From positions 684,001 to 748,000 of the forward strand of contig MU058103.1 in the NCBI GenBank assembly GCA_013265495.1: 64,000 nt of DNA, in the 5' to 3' direction. The translations under genes were made by a program, and so were the position numbers. The DNA comes from Vicugna vicugna. Its lineage: Eukaryota. Shown piece after piece: positions 62,024-64,000 of this stretch; the stretch's first letter is position 1; every line of letters begins with the position of its first letter. The notes under the pieces were generated by a model, which was not told the origin of the DNA, did no database searches, and worked only from the letters and a program-made list of their open reading frames with translations.

Positions 62024-63092
62024 AAGGAAAGTTGGTTATGCCGCACTTTGAAATTCATAGTGCTGTAGAGATTGACTGATACTATAAAAGCATTACAACC
62101 AAAAATGATTTCACCTACCAGTTTGTGACACTTTCAGATGTCTCTGTGGGGTGTAATGTAAGGGCAACTGTTCTAATCTCAAATACTGGTGCCAGTTTAC
62201 TGGGTGACCCTGGGTTCCTCACTCTCTTCTTTGGGTTTGTGCATTCTTGTCTACATAGTGAGGAGATGGGGTAACTTGATCTTCAAGGATTTTCCTGCTC
62301 TGACAATTTTATGAAATTCTCAGATGTTTTATTAGATGACAATCTCCGTGAAAGTCAGTAGCTCCTCTGCACTTTTGTGTAGGTTCCATGAGTTTAGTCA
62401 GCCAGTTTTCTTTGCATTTCAAAGTGGACTGGATTCTGTATTAAAATTCCCTTCCCACAAAATATAATTATACAAAAGCACAAATGATTCATTCTCAGAA
62501 AGGGTGTATTCACTTAGACTCACCACACCTAAAACAAGAATCTTTTTGACTGGAGAGTTTTCATTTAGAACTTGCTGATTCAATAGAAAAAAATCAAATT
62601 ATTATCCACTGTTAATTTTAAATTAACTCAATGGATTTAATTAACACCTCTTCAAACAGAAAAAAAAAAAAACAAGGATACTTTCCACTTAAGGCAATGA
62701 AGACCACTTAAAAGAATTTTATAAATCAAATTTAAACCCTGTATCCATTCAAACTCTTTCACAATTAAGAATATTCAAGGTAAAGATGTATATAAAGCAA
62801 TTAGCAGCTCTGGGGAATGGGTGGGTGAGGGATACTATGCAAGACTTGATTAAATGTTGAAGTGAAGCTGAGGCTTTGCATAGTGTAGAAGAGGAACCCA
62901 GTCCCTTAGGTATATGTTAAAACAAGAAGGAAAACTATAAAACCTGTGCACTCACTAAAGACCGTTCAGTCTGTTGGTGCACGTGATAAAGCTGCTCAAA
63001 TATTAGATTCCAAAGTCTTTGTGATGGGAAAATAACACAGTGCTGGGTCAATAGGCCCAGCAGATAGTTTGCTAGATGGTCCCGGGTGAGGT

Positions 63093-63507
63093 TGTTATGG
63101 AAACGACAAGCCAGCCAAGAAACAAGCACCACTCAGAGGGTTGGAGTACTCAGATTACGCTGGCGGGCTCAGAGGGGCTTCTGCTCCCAAACTCTGAGCA
63201 CCTCCAAGACGTGCACATGAGGTTTTATAGGGTAAAGTACAAGCTTGGGGTATTCGGCCAATAGACATGGAACAGCTTTAGCAGCATCATTATCACAAAA
63301 GTGGAGGCGGGGAGGCAGCAAACCAACATTCCAAAGCCAGATATGTCTCTTTGAAAATCCAGCTGGCTAGCAAAAAAAAAAACCATGAACAGCAAACCAA
63401 CACTAATTAACTTAGATTTACGAGTTAGTCCAGCAGAACTCAGATCAGTATTCCAATACTTAGACTTGTGAGTTATCTTGTTAGTCCAGCCCGGCTTTTC
63501 CTACACA
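63093..63507 (-). mobile_element. Young ERV1-type solo LTR (family A, copy 2) inserted in a MIR
   Basis: TG...CA; TSD AGGT (63089-63092/63508-63511); near-identical to 9279-9692. Confidence 0.92.
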
Positions 63508-64000
63508 AGGTCACTTGACTTCTTTGGGCTTTGTTTCCCTTATATTAACCAAAAATGATGTGTTATTTACATTAAATTAGCATTTCCCAAAACATATTAC
63601 AAGAACCACGTGTTTATTGGGCTCTTGATAAGTGTTGAAATACAGAGACCATTTTTAATGGCCAAATATGTTTTAGGAAAAGCTGAGGATTAAATGGATT
63701 TAATTTTTGGTCTTTTAAATGTAGGATTTTTGAAAGTCTTTTCTAGGCTGTTGAGCATGGAGAGCCACATGTAAACCTCCCAGGTGATTACCCTATCAGC
63801 TTATTTGATAAAAGGATCCCCTGTTCTTAGACAATATCTGGGAACTGTGTTAAGCAGGACACTTGTTGGAAAGCAGCCACTGAGGTGATCTGTAAAGACC
63901 TTGACAGCTTAACATCCTTTGAATCTTGATCAGTTTGTCTGCACTTTAGTTCTAGGTACACTCACGAGCTAGAAAGGATGTTAATATGCATAGCACTTTT

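Noticed and set aside
9279..63507. One giant provirus or composite element bounded by the two family A LTRs
   Set aside because: Each LTR has its own TSD (CTCT vs AGGT), and no PBS or internal retroviral sequence adjoins either.
1..64000. CRISPR arrays, operons or other prokaryotic systems
   Set aside because: The sequence is clearly mammalian, with no repeat-spacer periodicity or dense coding.

Overview
AT-rich, CpG-poor mammalian DNA that is intergenic or deep-intronic. A tRNA-Ala-like SINE of the Vic-1 type and cetartiodactyl-type L1 3' ends point to a camelid (alpaca, vicuna or camel). I recognise no host protein-coding gene, RNA gene or CpG island. The only recognisable protein is the C-terminal part of LINE-1 ORF2p, and most ORF-track entries are chance or TE-derived. 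The window is mainly a layered transposon record: ancient MIR, L2, MLT1, LTR33, hAT MITEs and old L1M, a Tigger1 derivative, young 5'-truncated L1s with TSDs (some triple-nested), and eight lineage-type solo LTRs (ERV1 with 4-bp TSDs, ERV2 with 6-bp TSDs, one spanning a 120-N gap). Best leads: (1) two independent young L1s share the same 1-nt ORF2 frameshift, suggesting a trans-mobilised defective source; (2) a 5'-inverted L1 insertion whose template appears to lack ORF2 (half-L1-like); (3) two MER41-like LTRs that both keep a STAT GAS motif; (4) an unexplained 423-bp segment with 31-bp terminal inverted repeats; (5) weak candidate exons. Family names come from recalled consensus motifs, not database searches, and boundaries of old repeats are approximate.
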